From IMG/VR virus record IMGVR_UViG_3300020151_001403: a stretch of DNA of 20,000 bases; one strand, written 5' to 3'. How positions within the stretch are numbered: position 1 is the first letter of the stretch; each line of letters starts with the position of its first letter. Of the stretch, positions 10,516-18,782 are shown one piece after another. The stretch comes from an uncultured virus (IMG/VR IMGVR_UViG_3300020151_001403). Taxonomy: Duplodnaviria; Heunggongvirae; Uroviricota; Caudoviricetes. A model generated the notes under the pieces. It saw nothing but the letters and a program-made list of their open reading frames with translations, was not told the DNA's origin and made no database searches. The position numbers and the translations under genes are program-made.

Positions 10516-11127
10516 ATGCCAAAAAACATTAAAGTAAGTTTTAAAAATCCACCAAGAGGTCAAGATTCAACATATAGTATGACAATCTTAAATATGGACT
10601 CGACAGGTATTGTATTAGATAACGATAGTGTTAATCCAATCGATACCACAATGGTTAGTTCATCATTAGTACCGTGTAGTGGAAGTATTTTCGTATTGGA
10701 TTATAATCCAACATATACTTTAATTAAAAGTGGTTTAACATATAGTAATCTAATTACAGGTTCAATAGTTCCACAGGTAAAATGTTCTACAACTGATTTG
10801 TTTCTCGAAAGTGAGGGTGAATGTTCATTGGTTGAGAAAACTGATTTAGTTGGTATCAATGGTAATCCAAGAGTTGTGTTATCCGTTCAAAATGATGGTG
10901 GAACTACAGTTACGGGTGTGTTAAATCTAAATTTAGAATATGGTTTTGTGGAACCATATCCCACATCATCATTAATAATATCACAATCTGGTGTAGGTAT
11001 TAATTCAGGAAGTATTTATTTGGGTAGAGGAACATATTCTTTTGAAATGACCATTACGGGAAGTGGAGTACTTACAACAGGTCAAACAGCAACTATTACA
11101 TATATGAATTGTGATAATGTTATTTAA
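10516..11127 (+). CDS. Hypothetical protein (203 aa), probably a beta-rich virion accessory protein
   Basis: ORF closely follows the giant adhesin gene with an A-rich upstream region. S/T/G-rich with 4 Cys. No family recognised. Confidence 0.7.
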   Translation: MPKNIKVSFKNPPRGQDSTYSMTILNMDSTGIVLDNDSVNPIDTTMVSSSLVPCSGSIFVLDYNPTYTLIKSGLTYSNLITGSIVPQVKCSTTDLFLESEGECSLVEKTDLVGINGNPRVVLSVQNDGGTTVTGVLNLNLEYGFVEPYPTSSLIISQSGVGINSGSIYLGRGTYSFEMTITGSGVLTTGQTATITYMNCDNVI

Positions 11128-11183
11128 CAACCCATTTATTTAGATAAATTTAATCATTATATTATTACAAATATATTCTAAAG

Positions 11184-11191
11184 ATATTTAC
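11184..11191 (+). promoter_or_regulatory. Putative late promoter motif variant ATATTTAC
   Basis: Lies 18 nt upstream of ATG 11210 in the longest intergenic gap of the structural block. Resembles ATATTTAT at 11725, 15062 and 17711. Confidence 0.35.
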
Positions 11192-11209
11192 TAGAATAGA
11201 TAATTAATT

Positions 11210-11719
11210 ATGCTACTTGATTCCGGTTCACTTACATTTACAATTCCTTATTGGGTTCCTGAAACAGGTATTACTCAGGGTTATGAAAATGATTTAGATT
11301 ATGTTGCATATACAGGTAATACCTCATTTACAGGTATCACTTATTATAACGCAATTGGTTTAAGTAAAGTATCCGAGTTAAAAAAGTATGGTTCAAACGA
11401 ATATGTTGGTATAACAATTAACCCAAATAACACAACCGGTTACACAATTGATGGTGTCTATTATCAAGATAATCCTGAAGGTTTCACAATAATAACAGGT
11501 AATACGGTTGGTTTTACAAAAGAAGAGGTGATGTTTGAAGTTCTATCTCGTAATGAACATTTCTTAGGTTTTGTTGAAGAACCAACAATATATTCGGATG
11601 TTTATGTTGACCGCGGAAAACAAAGTGTAATGGAAATAAACTTAAGATTGGGTGAGGTAGATAATATGGGTGAATTAAGTAATTATGGAAATGGTTATTT
11701 TAAAGTAAAAAAACAATAA
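11210..11719 (+). CDS. Hypothetical phage structural protein (169 aa)
   Basis: Clean ORF; an in-frame TAA at 11201 fixes the start. The C-terminus EPTIYSDVYVDRGKQS...RLGEVDNMGELSNYGNGYF looks conserved. Carries 5 TGxT motifs. Confidence 0.75.
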   Translation: MLLDSGSLTFTIPYWVPETGITQGYENDLDYVAYTGNTSFTGITYYNAIGLSKVSELKKYGSNEYVGITINPNNTTGYTIDGVYYQDNPEGFTIITGNTVGFTKEEVMFEVLSRNEHFLGFVEEPTIYSDVYVDRGKQSVMEINLRLGEVDNMGELSNYGNGYFKVKKQ

Positions 11720-11724
11720 GATTT

Positions 11725-11737
11725 ATATTTATAAATA
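11725..11737 (+). promoter_or_regulatory. Putative phage late promoter ATATTTATA, within the palindrome TATTTATAAATA
   Basis: Sits in the 30-nt gap before ATG 11750. The same core occurs upstream of 15075 and of the 17721 RNA. Includes the T4-type late -10 box TATAAATA at 11730-11737. Confidence 0.55.
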
Positions 11738-11749
11738 AAAAGAAATAAT

Positions 11750-12670
11750 ATGGCCGTTGGAAGTTATGGAATAATAAGACCCTCAGATGTGTCGCCGGAT
11801 GATGTTGAAATATTTTATCATTACACATCGGGTAGGACATCTACCTCTGCGGTCACACTAAAAAAATTAATATCAACAGATGTGTTAACACCCGTTTATC
11901 ATAATTCTGATACAACTGATGATGCATCGGCACCAAACACCGAAATATTGGGTGGTTTATATAATTTAAAGCTAAGTGCTGATGATTTTTCAAATTTAGG
12001 GGTTTATACTTTACACATTAGACCAAAACAAATAAGAACATCGATTACCGATTGCGGGGTTTTAGCTTCATTACCATCTGTTAGAGGTTTAATTATTGAT
12101 ACGTCAAATGTACCGGCCGAAGATAGAAGTAAATTTACTCCACAAGGATTGGTGGGTTATAGGGTTGAATATATTAATACCACAAACAACCAAAAAATAC
12201 CTAACTTTTATCGAGTAGTTACATCATCATTTTATTGTTTACCAATAACATCTAATCTTACTAACTCAACAGATAAAGCAATTAGATATCAATATACCGA
12301 CCAATCGAGTAATTTAATATTTTTAACAATAACACCATCATCGGCACCATCTAGTCGACCAAATGTGATTCCTTTTATTGGTCAACCAGGACAAAAAATT
12401 ATATTAACAAATACATTTGTGAATCCAACAACTATCGAAGTTGATATGGTTGAACATGATGCAAGTACATTGGCACATGCATTGTACGGTAATCAAAGTA
12501 AAGCGATTGAACCGGGTATTTACACAATTTACGACCAAGATAATAACATCTATAAACAATATAACCTTTATGAAATTAAAGATGAATTTAGTGAAACACT
12601 ATATGAAATTCGTGAAGAAAGAACGGATGTTGATGAGACATTAAATTTAGATAACATTACCGACGTATAA
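11750..12670 (+). CDS. Hypothetical phage structural protein (306 aa), probable baseplate-region component
   Basis: Clean ORF coupled to the baseplate wedge-like gene by a TAATG overlap at 12668-12672. Function inferred from position only. Confidence 0.7.
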   Translation: MAVGSYGIIRPSDVSPDDVEIFYHYTSGRTSTSAVTLKKLISTDVLTPVYHNSDTTDDASAPNTEILGGLYNLKLSADDFSNLGVYTLHIRPKQIRTSITDCGVLASLPSVRGLIIDTSNVPAEDRSKFTPQGLVGYRVEYINTTNNQKIPNFYRVVTSSFYCLPITSNLTNSTDKAIRYQYTDQSSNLIFLTITPSSAPSSRPNVIPFIGQPGQKIILTNTFVNPTTIEVDMVEHDASTLAHALYGNQSKAIEPGIYTIYDQDNNIYKQYNLYEIKDEFSETLYEIREERTDVDETLNLDNITDV

Positions 12671-15048
12671 TGGCAAAATATACAAGAGTCCCAAGTGCTG
12701 CACGTAGTGGAGCTGATACATTTAGTGATAGTATAGTTGGTAGACAAATTACCGATGGTAGTAGTCAATTAACTAACACCACATTTGTAATTGATAGACT
12801 CGTACCTGATAAAGATAGTAAAACCTTTGTCACGAGCCCATTTTCCGATTTCATAACTTTAGATGACTTAAATCAGGAAATAGGTAAGGTTAACACAAAA
12901 GAAGAAAAAATTAAATTTAAGGGTGCAAGAGATAATGTGGCTAAATCATTATTCGGAGCATTAAAGCATAGATTGAATGTATCAATCAATCGAATAATAC
13001 AAAATTTTCCTGCATCATTTTACATTGACAACACAATCGTCGTAAGGTCTTCGGAAAATACATTAGAAAATATTAGTTATAGTGAAACTTTTCAAACAAC
13101 AGAATTTAATTTTCAAAAATCAATTATCTTTAATCCATTTGATATTGTTTTAAGTGAACCGTTAAGTAACACAATTGTAGAAACAGAAAATCACATTAGG
13201 AATTTTTATTCGTCATATACGAAGTATGTGTTGGATTATAATAATATTACATACGATATTATTAGTTATACCGAACCTAATACTAACGACACAATTACAT
13301 TAAAAGTTAATGGTAATCCATTTAGTGGTGCAACTGGTTCTACTGAAAGTTTTTTAATAAGACCAAATAATGGTGTAACTGAGGAATTCTTCAATAACTT
13401 AGACGATGTTGAAGAATTATTGTTAAATAGGGAAACCAATCCAAAATACACCGCGAGTTTTAAAGTACCGAGAGACAGTTTTGACCAAAGTAAAACAGAA
13501 ATAACTACGGTCGAAGTTAGTTGGCCAATGTCAAGAGATGGTTGGAATTTACAAATTATAGGTATGGATTACTTACAATTTTTGGATAAGGTAATTGTTT
13601 TGGCGGAAGAGATTGATGAATATAAATCAGATTTAGTTGTTAGATTTTTAACCGCACCGCAGTTATATGAATTTGATACCGAGGACAAAAAAGCCGAATC
13701 TATCTTCCAACTATATGGACAAAGTTTTGATAGTGTAAAAAAATACATCGATAACATAGCTTTCATGAGACATGTGAGTTATGATGGAATAAAAAATGTT
13801 CCTGATTTATTATTAAAAAATCTTTCAGAAAATTTAGGTTTAAGTACTATCAAACTTTTTGACGAAACAAGTTTTAGTGATACATTATACACTAGACAAG
13901 ATAGTACATATGGTGGAGTACCTATTGGTAAAAATTTAATTGAGTCTGAATATGAATTCTATAGAAGATTAGTAACCAATTTGGCACATCTTTATAAATC
14001 AAAAGGTACAAGAAAATCAATTGAGTTCTTTTTAAGATTTTTAGGCGCACCCGAACCAATGATTAAAATTGATGAATATGTGTATGATGTTACATCATTA
14101 ACAAATTCTCCAATATTGGAAGATGACTTATATGATTTAATTAATGGAATTAAAATTGATAATCTAATTAATGGATTTACGTCAACAGTTTTTACAGGTA
14201 CTACAGTTGGTGGTGATGACCATGGTGATACAATTACAGGTTATACTTTTAACTTGACATCTGTTACAGGAACCACAACCTTCACAAGAGACGAATATCC
14301 CGTAGATGAAAATGGATTACCAAGAAAGACAACAAAATTTGATGGTTCGGTATTCTTTCAAAAAGGTTCGGGATGGTATGACACTACTTTAGACCACAGG
14401 TCACCACTTACAATTGATTATGAAAATTCAGTTTTAACAGGTAGAACTAAATCAACAAAAACAATGAATTCACCATATACATATGGTGAGGATTATTTCA
14501 ATTATTTTAGAACTTTTCAAGGTTTAGATTATGGTTTTGATTTGAAATCAAGAATCGACAATAAAAAAGTTAGTTTTGCCGATAATCTAAATGAATCAAA
14601 ATTAATTCTTAATAGAAAAAATATTAATGTATTTTTATCACCGTCACAAACAATTGAGTATGACGTTTGGAGACAATCAAGAAATAATGAATTGACGTTT
14701 GGAACTTTAACACCACAAACAGGATTTACATTTGCCGAATATTTGAATACAGTAGTTAATCAAGTAATATCAAATAGTAATACCATAAAATACGAAAGAA
14801 ATTACTCGGATTTAAATGATGTACTTAATGATTATAAAACAAACACAGGATATACACCATACGATTTTACATCGGTAAACGAATATACACAGAAAATGTC
14901 ACCTTATTGGATTAAACTTATTGAACAGTTTATTCCGGCAACAACATTATGGACGGGTGGCGTTTCAATATCAAATAATAAGTTTAATAGGTCAAAATAC
15001 CGATACCTTAAACCAAATTACGGTAGCAATATGAACCAACAGTGCTAA
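12670..15048 (+). CDS. Baseplate wedge-like protein (P2 gpI / T4 gp7-like core), 792 aa
   Basis: VPDLLLKNLSENLGL...YRRLVTNLAHLYKSKGTRKSIEFFLRFLG resembles the gpI-type LxxLA..G...Y..KGT motif. The distal LIEQFIPA motif is typical of this family. Confidence 0.6.
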   Translation: MAKYTRVPSAARSGADTFSDSIVGRQITDGSSQLTNTTFVIDRLVPDKDSKTFVTSPFSDFITLDDLNQEIGKVNTKEEKIKFKGARDNVAKSLFGALKHRLNVSINRIIQNFPASFYIDNTIVVRSSENTLENISYSETFQTTEFNFQKSIIFNPFDIVLSEPLSNTIVETENHIRNFYSSYTKYVLDYNNITYDIISYTEPNTNDTITLKVNGNPFSGATGSTESFLIRPNNGVTEEFFNNLDDVEELLLNRETNPKYTASFKVPRDSFDQSKTEITTVEVSWPMSRDGWNLQIIGMDYLQFLDKVIVLAEEIDEYKSDLVVRFLTAPQLYEFDTEDKKAESIFQLYGQSFDSVKKYIDNIAFMRHVSYDGIKNVPDLLLKNLSENLGLSTIKLFDETSFSDTLYTRQDSTYGGVPIGKNLIESEYEFYRRLVTNLAHLYKSKGTRKSIEFFLRFLGAPEPMIKIDEYVYDVTSLTNSPILEDDLYDLINGIKIDNLINGFTSTVFTGTTVGGDDHGDTITGYTFNLTSVTGTTTFTRDEYPVDENGLPRKTTKFDGSVFFQKGSGWYDTTLDHRSPLTIDYENSVLTGRTKSTKTMNSPYTYGEDYFNYFRTFQGLDYGFDLKSRIDNKKVSFADNLNESKLILNRKNINVFLSPSQTIEYDVWRQSRNNELTFGTLTPQTGFTFAEYLNTVVNQVISNSNTIKYERNYSDLNDVLNDYKTNTGYTPYDFTSVNEYTQKMSPYWIKLIEQFIPATTLWTGGVSISNNKFNRSKYRYLKPNYGSNMNQQC

Positions 15049-15061
15049 TCAAATTAAAATA

Positions 15062-15070
15062 ATATTTATA
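15062..15070 (+). promoter_or_regulatory. Putative phage late promoter ATATTTATA
   Basis: Ends 4 nt before ATG 15075. Identical to the 9-mer at 11725-11733. Confidence 0.5.
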
Positions 15071-15074
15071 ATAT

Positions 15075-17030
15075 ATGAGTTTTTTAGATACAAATTATTC
15101 GGGAATAATAGCCACAAGGTTAACACAAAAAGGAAGAGAAAGTATTGCAAATGGTAATTTTGTTATCAGTCATTTTGCAGTTGGAGATTCGGAATATTCT
15201 TATGTAGACTCAACTACAGGTTCTTTAGTATTTTCACCTTTTGATGATTATGGTAATGTGAAATATCCAATACAATACACTTCAGGTAGCACACCTTATG
15301 GTGTTCCAATTTCAGAAATGACAACGGTTGAATGTTCAAATGTGATGGGCCCAGCTGGATTTGTGTCGGGTTCATTAGATGACAACTTTGTTATTAAAAC
15401 AACATATGAAACAATAAGTTCATTTACGGGATTAACAAATCAATTAAATGTAATTAGTGGTTCCAATTATGGTGTTGGTGATTTTGTGACATTAGTTTTA
15501 AATCTAAATAAGATAAACACTTCATTAGATACAATAACAGGAAATACAAATAGTCAAATATATAAAATAACAGCAACAGGGTCGACAACGGTAACTCTTG
15601 ATAGAACAACACAATTATTACCGAGTGGTAATGTAATACTAATTCCAAACGAAGAAGATTTTCAAAATCCATTAAAATTAGATACGACCGAACAACAAAA
15701 TTCTTGGTCGATGAATGTTGTGTGGGATAGTCAACCAATAGGTTTAGAAACATCTGATAGACCAATAACCGGATACACTAGTAATGTTTTTGTTGGTACA
15801 AAAGAATTTTTAGGTTATAAAACATCTGAAGGACAAACAATTAATACAGGAACTACAATCACAAATACCTTAGGTGAGACGGTTATTATTACCCCTGAAG
15901 AACAAAAATGTATAGCAATTTTACATTATTCTAAAAACGGAGATTCAATTGACCCGGATAGGTTTTTTAAATACGATGACCATATAAGTACCACAAATAC
16001 TGGATATACCCCACCAAATGAACCTTCTTTATCTGATGAAGAATATTTTTTGGTTCATATGCCATTTTTATTATATCATAGAAATACAGGAACAACTGTT
16101 GGTGCAACATTTAAAATGGGAACAGTTGACAAAGAGTACGTATCATCCAAAAACTCAAGATTTGTTTTAAATTACAGAGATTTACTTGATAAAAATAATT
16201 TTAGAGTCGGTAAGATATTCTATAATCAACAAGTAATTGTATTTGACGACGAGGAAATTGTTGCAACTTTAGATTATAAATCAAATAGAAGATTCACATT
16301 ACCCGCACCAAAGGTAAGTGCAATTATTACCAATGACCCTATCACTGATTTAACTACAGGTAAAACTATGTGGGTTTCCTACGTTCTTTCATATACGGGT
16401 GATACTAATACAAACAGTTTACCATGTAACTATTTTATGAAAGTTACGGGAGGCACAACACCACATAGTGTTTCTGTTAAATTTAATAGTGGAGAATTTC
16501 AATACTTACAAACTTCAACAGGAAATACTATTAATGGACAAATTGCAAATGAATTTTATTTGTTATACCAATTAACTGATAATGGATTGACCCCTGACCC
16601 CGATAGTTGGTTAAAGAAAAAATATACATTAACACTTAATGGTAATTCATTAATTGAGTCATCATCACTGGCGGGACAAACGTTTACTTTAAATCAAACA
16701 GACTACGCGGCGGGAACCCCATTTATATTATCAAATCATATGAATAAAAATTTTTCACTATCATCAGGACCTTATTTTGGTGATGAGCAACCATTTCCCG
16801 GTAGTATAAATGCGGTGAGAGCAACTGAAATACAACAATTGAGTTTTAAAGTTAATCTACCCGCAGATAAATTTACAACATCGGTTAACCCAACATATAC
16901 TTCGGGTAATTTAAAAATAACCGAAGTGGCTTTATTGAACTCCAATAAAGATACATTAATTATGGGTAAATTATCAGCACCATTGACAAGGTCAGGAGCA
17001 CAAGTTTTTATGGTACAGTTAGATTTCTAA
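15075..17030 (+). CDS. Baseplate/tail-fibre attachment-like structural protein (651 aa) with gpH N-terminal/DUF3751-like termini
   Basis: N-terminal RLTQKGRESIANGNFVISHFAVGD and C-terminal ITEVALLNSNKDTLIMGK resemble the LT..G....A.G...I...AVGD and IRE.GL....G.LIA motifs of P2 gpH-type proteins. Follows the gpI-like gene, as in P2. Confidence 0.55.
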   Translation: MSFLDTNYSGIIATRLTQKGRESIANGNFVISHFAVGDSEYSYVDSTTGSLVFSPFDDYGNVKYPIQYTSGSTPYGVPISEMTTVECSNVMGPAGFVSGSLDDNFVIKTTYETISSFTGLTNQLNVISGSNYGVGDFVTLVLNLNKINTSLDTITGNTNSQIYKITATGSTTVTLDRTTQLLPSGNVILIPNEEDFQNPLKLDTTEQQNSWSMNVVWDSQPIGLETSDRPITGYTSNVFVGTKEFLGYKTSEGQTINTGTTITNTLGETVIITPEEQKCIAILHYSKNGDSIDPDRFFKYDDHISTTNTGYTPPNEPSLSDEEYFLVHMPFLLYHRNTGTTVGATFKMGTVDKEYVSSKNSRFVLNYRDLLDKNNFRVGKIFYNQQVIVFDDEEIVATLDYKSNRRFTLPAPKVSAIITNDPITDLTTGKTMWVSYVLSYTGDTNTNSLPCNYFMKVTGGTTPHSVSVKFNSGEFQYLQTSTGNTINGQIANEFYLLYQLTDNGLTPDPDSWLKKKYTLTLNGNSLIESSSLAGQTFTLNQTDYAAGTPFILSNHMNKNFSLSSGPYFGDEQPFPGSINAVRATEIQQLSFKVNLPADKFTTSVNPTYTSGNLKITEVALLNSNKDTLIMGKLSAPLTRSGAQVFMVQLDF

Positions 17031-17033
17031 GAC

Positions 17034-17062
17034 TTTACAATTCATGTTAAATTATTTATTAT
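17034..17062 (+). promoter_or_regulatory. Putative promoter for the replication module: TTTACA-N17-TATTAT overlapping a TATTTAT motif
   Basis: TTTACA 17034-17039, 17-nt spacer, TATTAT 17057-17062, TATTTAT 17053-17059. The AT-rich context makes a chance match possible. Confidence 0.35.
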
Positions 17063-17069
17063 AGTTTAC

Positions 17070-17684
17070 ATGAATAAAAAAATACTTGAGTCGGCTAAAA
17101 TTTTGGGATTAGACATCAGCACAAAGACCATAGGCTTTGCTCTATTTGATATTTCGGGTTCAAAATTATTGGAGTTAACACATTTTTCACCAAAAATTAA
17201 ACCACAACCCGAAGATAAAATTGAAGAATTAATTAAGAAGGCGGATGCGTTTAAAGCACACATTGAAAACTATAAAGGAATGGGAATTACTCGTGTCATT
17301 ATAGAAGAGCCACTCCTTCAATCTAACAACATTTATACAATCGGTACTTTGTTACGTTACAATACTTTAATTCTTAAAGTGTGTTACGATGCTTTAGGTG
17401 TGTTACCAACGTTTATCTCAACATATAACTCGAGAAAGTTTGCTTTCCCCGATTTAGTTGGTCCAAATGATAAGGGACGTAATGTTTTGTTTGGTGGTTA
17501 TCCAAAAGATATTGATAAGAAACATGTAATATGGGAACACGTTAATGAGGTTTGTCCTGACATTAATTGGTTGTACGGAAAAAACAACGCATTAAAGAAA
17601 GAAAACTACGACATGGCAGATGCTGCGTGTTGTGTGATAGGATATGTAAATATGATAAAAGAAATTGAAAAAAATACGAAGTAG
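17070..17684 (+). CDS. ruvC: RuvC-like Holliday junction resolvase (204 aa)
   Basis: RNase H-fold catalytic motifs ILGLDISTKTIG (D), VIIEEP (E) and YDMADA (DxxD). Confidence 0.85.
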   Translation: MNKKILESAKILGLDISTKTIGFALFDISGSKLLELTHFSPKIKPQPEDKIEELIKKADAFKAHIENYKGMGITRVIIEEPLLQSNNIYTIGTLLRYNTLILKVCYDALGVLPTFISTYNSRKFAFPDLVGPNDKGRNVLFGGYPKDIDKKHVIWEHVNEVCPDINWLYGKNNALKKENYDMADAACCVIGYVNMIKEIEKNTK

Positions 17685-17686
17685 GC

Positions 17687-17718
17687 TTTGTTTTTAAAAA
17701 TCTTTTATTTATATTTAT
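17687..17718 (+). promoter_or_regulatory. Putative promoter of the small RNA: TTTG-N19-TATATTTA (Bacteroidota -33/-7-like) containing ATATTTAT
   Basis: TTTG 17687-17690 and TATATTTA 17710-17717 (consensus TAnnTTTG with one mismatch). ATATTTAT 17711-17718. Confidence 0.45.
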
Positions 17719-17720
17719 TA

Positions 17721-17792
17721 ATGTAGGTCGGGAATGTAGCAATACATTCTTGGTTGGTAGAGGGTTCGGGTGGTGTCGAATCCTCTTTTTTT
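17721..17792 (+). ncRNA. Candidate small structured RNA (two hairpins ending in an intrinsic terminator)
   Basis: Hairpin 17726-17755: 13 bp, GCAA (GNRA) tetraloop, 5 G-U pairs. Hairpin 17759-17786: 11 bp with 2 G-U pairs, followed by a U-run. G-rich island within an AT-rich spacer. Confidence 0.55.
17759..17792 (+). terminator. Rho-independent terminator
   Basis: Stem AGAGGGTTCGG / loop GTGGTG / TCGAATCCTCT, followed by TTTTTT. Confidence 0.8.
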
Positions 17793-17836
17793 ATGTCTAA
17801 TTTTTTTTTCTCAAATTTTTTACATACCTTTCGAGT

Positions 17837-18781
17837 ATGACTGACCAAAAAGTAGATTATTCACCCGTAATTGATATCCTTGAGGACATATTAGGTTCAC
17901 CTAAACTCCACAACGATTACAAAGGACAAATATCTTTTGATTGTCCTGTTTGTTCATTCGACATCAAAGAGCTTGACCATGGAGACGGTAAAGGGAATCT
18001 TGAAATCAACTACAAAGAAAGTGTTTTTAAATGTTGGTCATGTTCTGAAACCCATGGGACTCATGGTACGTTGTATAAGTTAATTAAACAACACGGTAAC
18101 CAAAAACTACTTAAAAAATATCTCATATTAAGACCCGATGAGGATGGTGAAGCACCAAAACGAGTTTATAAAAATGTAAAATTACCAAAGGAGTTTATCT
18201 TATTTAAAGACGCAAGTAGAGGGTTGCGGTTAACATCACAATTCAAACAAGCGTGGGCTTATATTAAGAAAAGAAATATTACAGATGAGATGTTAGAGAG
18301 ATATAACATTGGATTCTGTTACGAGGGTGACTTTGCAAATAGAATTATCATTCCATCTTACAATGAGGAAGGTTATTTAAATTATTTTATTGCAAGGTCA
18401 TACCTTTCATATACTAAATTGAAGTATAAAAATCCCGAGGTACAAAAGGAGATTATTATTTTCAATGAAAAATTAATTAATTGGAATGAAAAGATATACA
18501 TCGTTGAAGGTGCTTTCGATAGTATATTCATCCCCAACTCAATACCAATGTTGGGTAAATTTATGTCAGACCACCTTTTTTATAAGTTATACGATGATGC
18601 AAAGGGGGAACTTACTATTGTCTTGGACCCTGATGCGTGGAATGATGCTGAAAGACTTTATCATAGAATTAATTGTGGTAAGTTAATGGGTAGAGTAAAC
18701 ATCATTAAATTAGAGGGTGATAAGGACATTGCAGATTTGGCGGGTGATTTAAGTGAATACAAAGAAAGAAAATTAGACTAA
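17837..18781 (+). CDS. dnaG: DNA primase (DnaG/T4 gp61-type; Zn-binding and TOPRIM domains), 314 aa
   Basis: CPVC...CWSC zinc finger, RIIIP, FIARS and KYKNP motifs, TOPRIM IYIVEGAFD and LDPDA (DxD), KDIAD. Confidence 0.92.
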   Translation: MTDQKVDYSPVIDILEDILGSPKLHNDYKGQISFDCPVCSFDIKELDHGDGKGNLEINYKESVFKCWSCSETHGTHGTLYKLIKQHGNQKLLKKYLILRPDEDGEAPKRVYKNVKLPKEFILFKDASRGLRLTSQFKQAWAYIKKRNITDEMLERYNIGFCYEGDFANRIIIPSYNEEGYLNYFIARSYLSYTKLKYKNPEVQKEIIIFNEKLINWNEKIYIVEGAFDSIFIPNSIPMLGKFMSDHLFYKLYDDAKGELTIVLDPDAWNDAERLYHRINCGKLMGRVNIIKLEGDKDIADLAGDLSEYKERKLD

Positions 18782-18782
18782 T

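Noticed and set aside
17750..17758. Candidate sRNA segment UUGGUUGGU is complementary to ACCAACCAA in the PT-repeat mRNA (3027-3035, 3171-3179)
   Set aside because: Only 9 nt, mostly sequestered in hairpin 1, and such matches are expected by chance against long AC-rich repeats.
17721..17792. tRNA gene (GGTTCG...TCGAATCC resembles a T-arm)
   Set aside because: No cloverleaf, acceptor stem or anticodon arm. The bases form the terminator stem instead.
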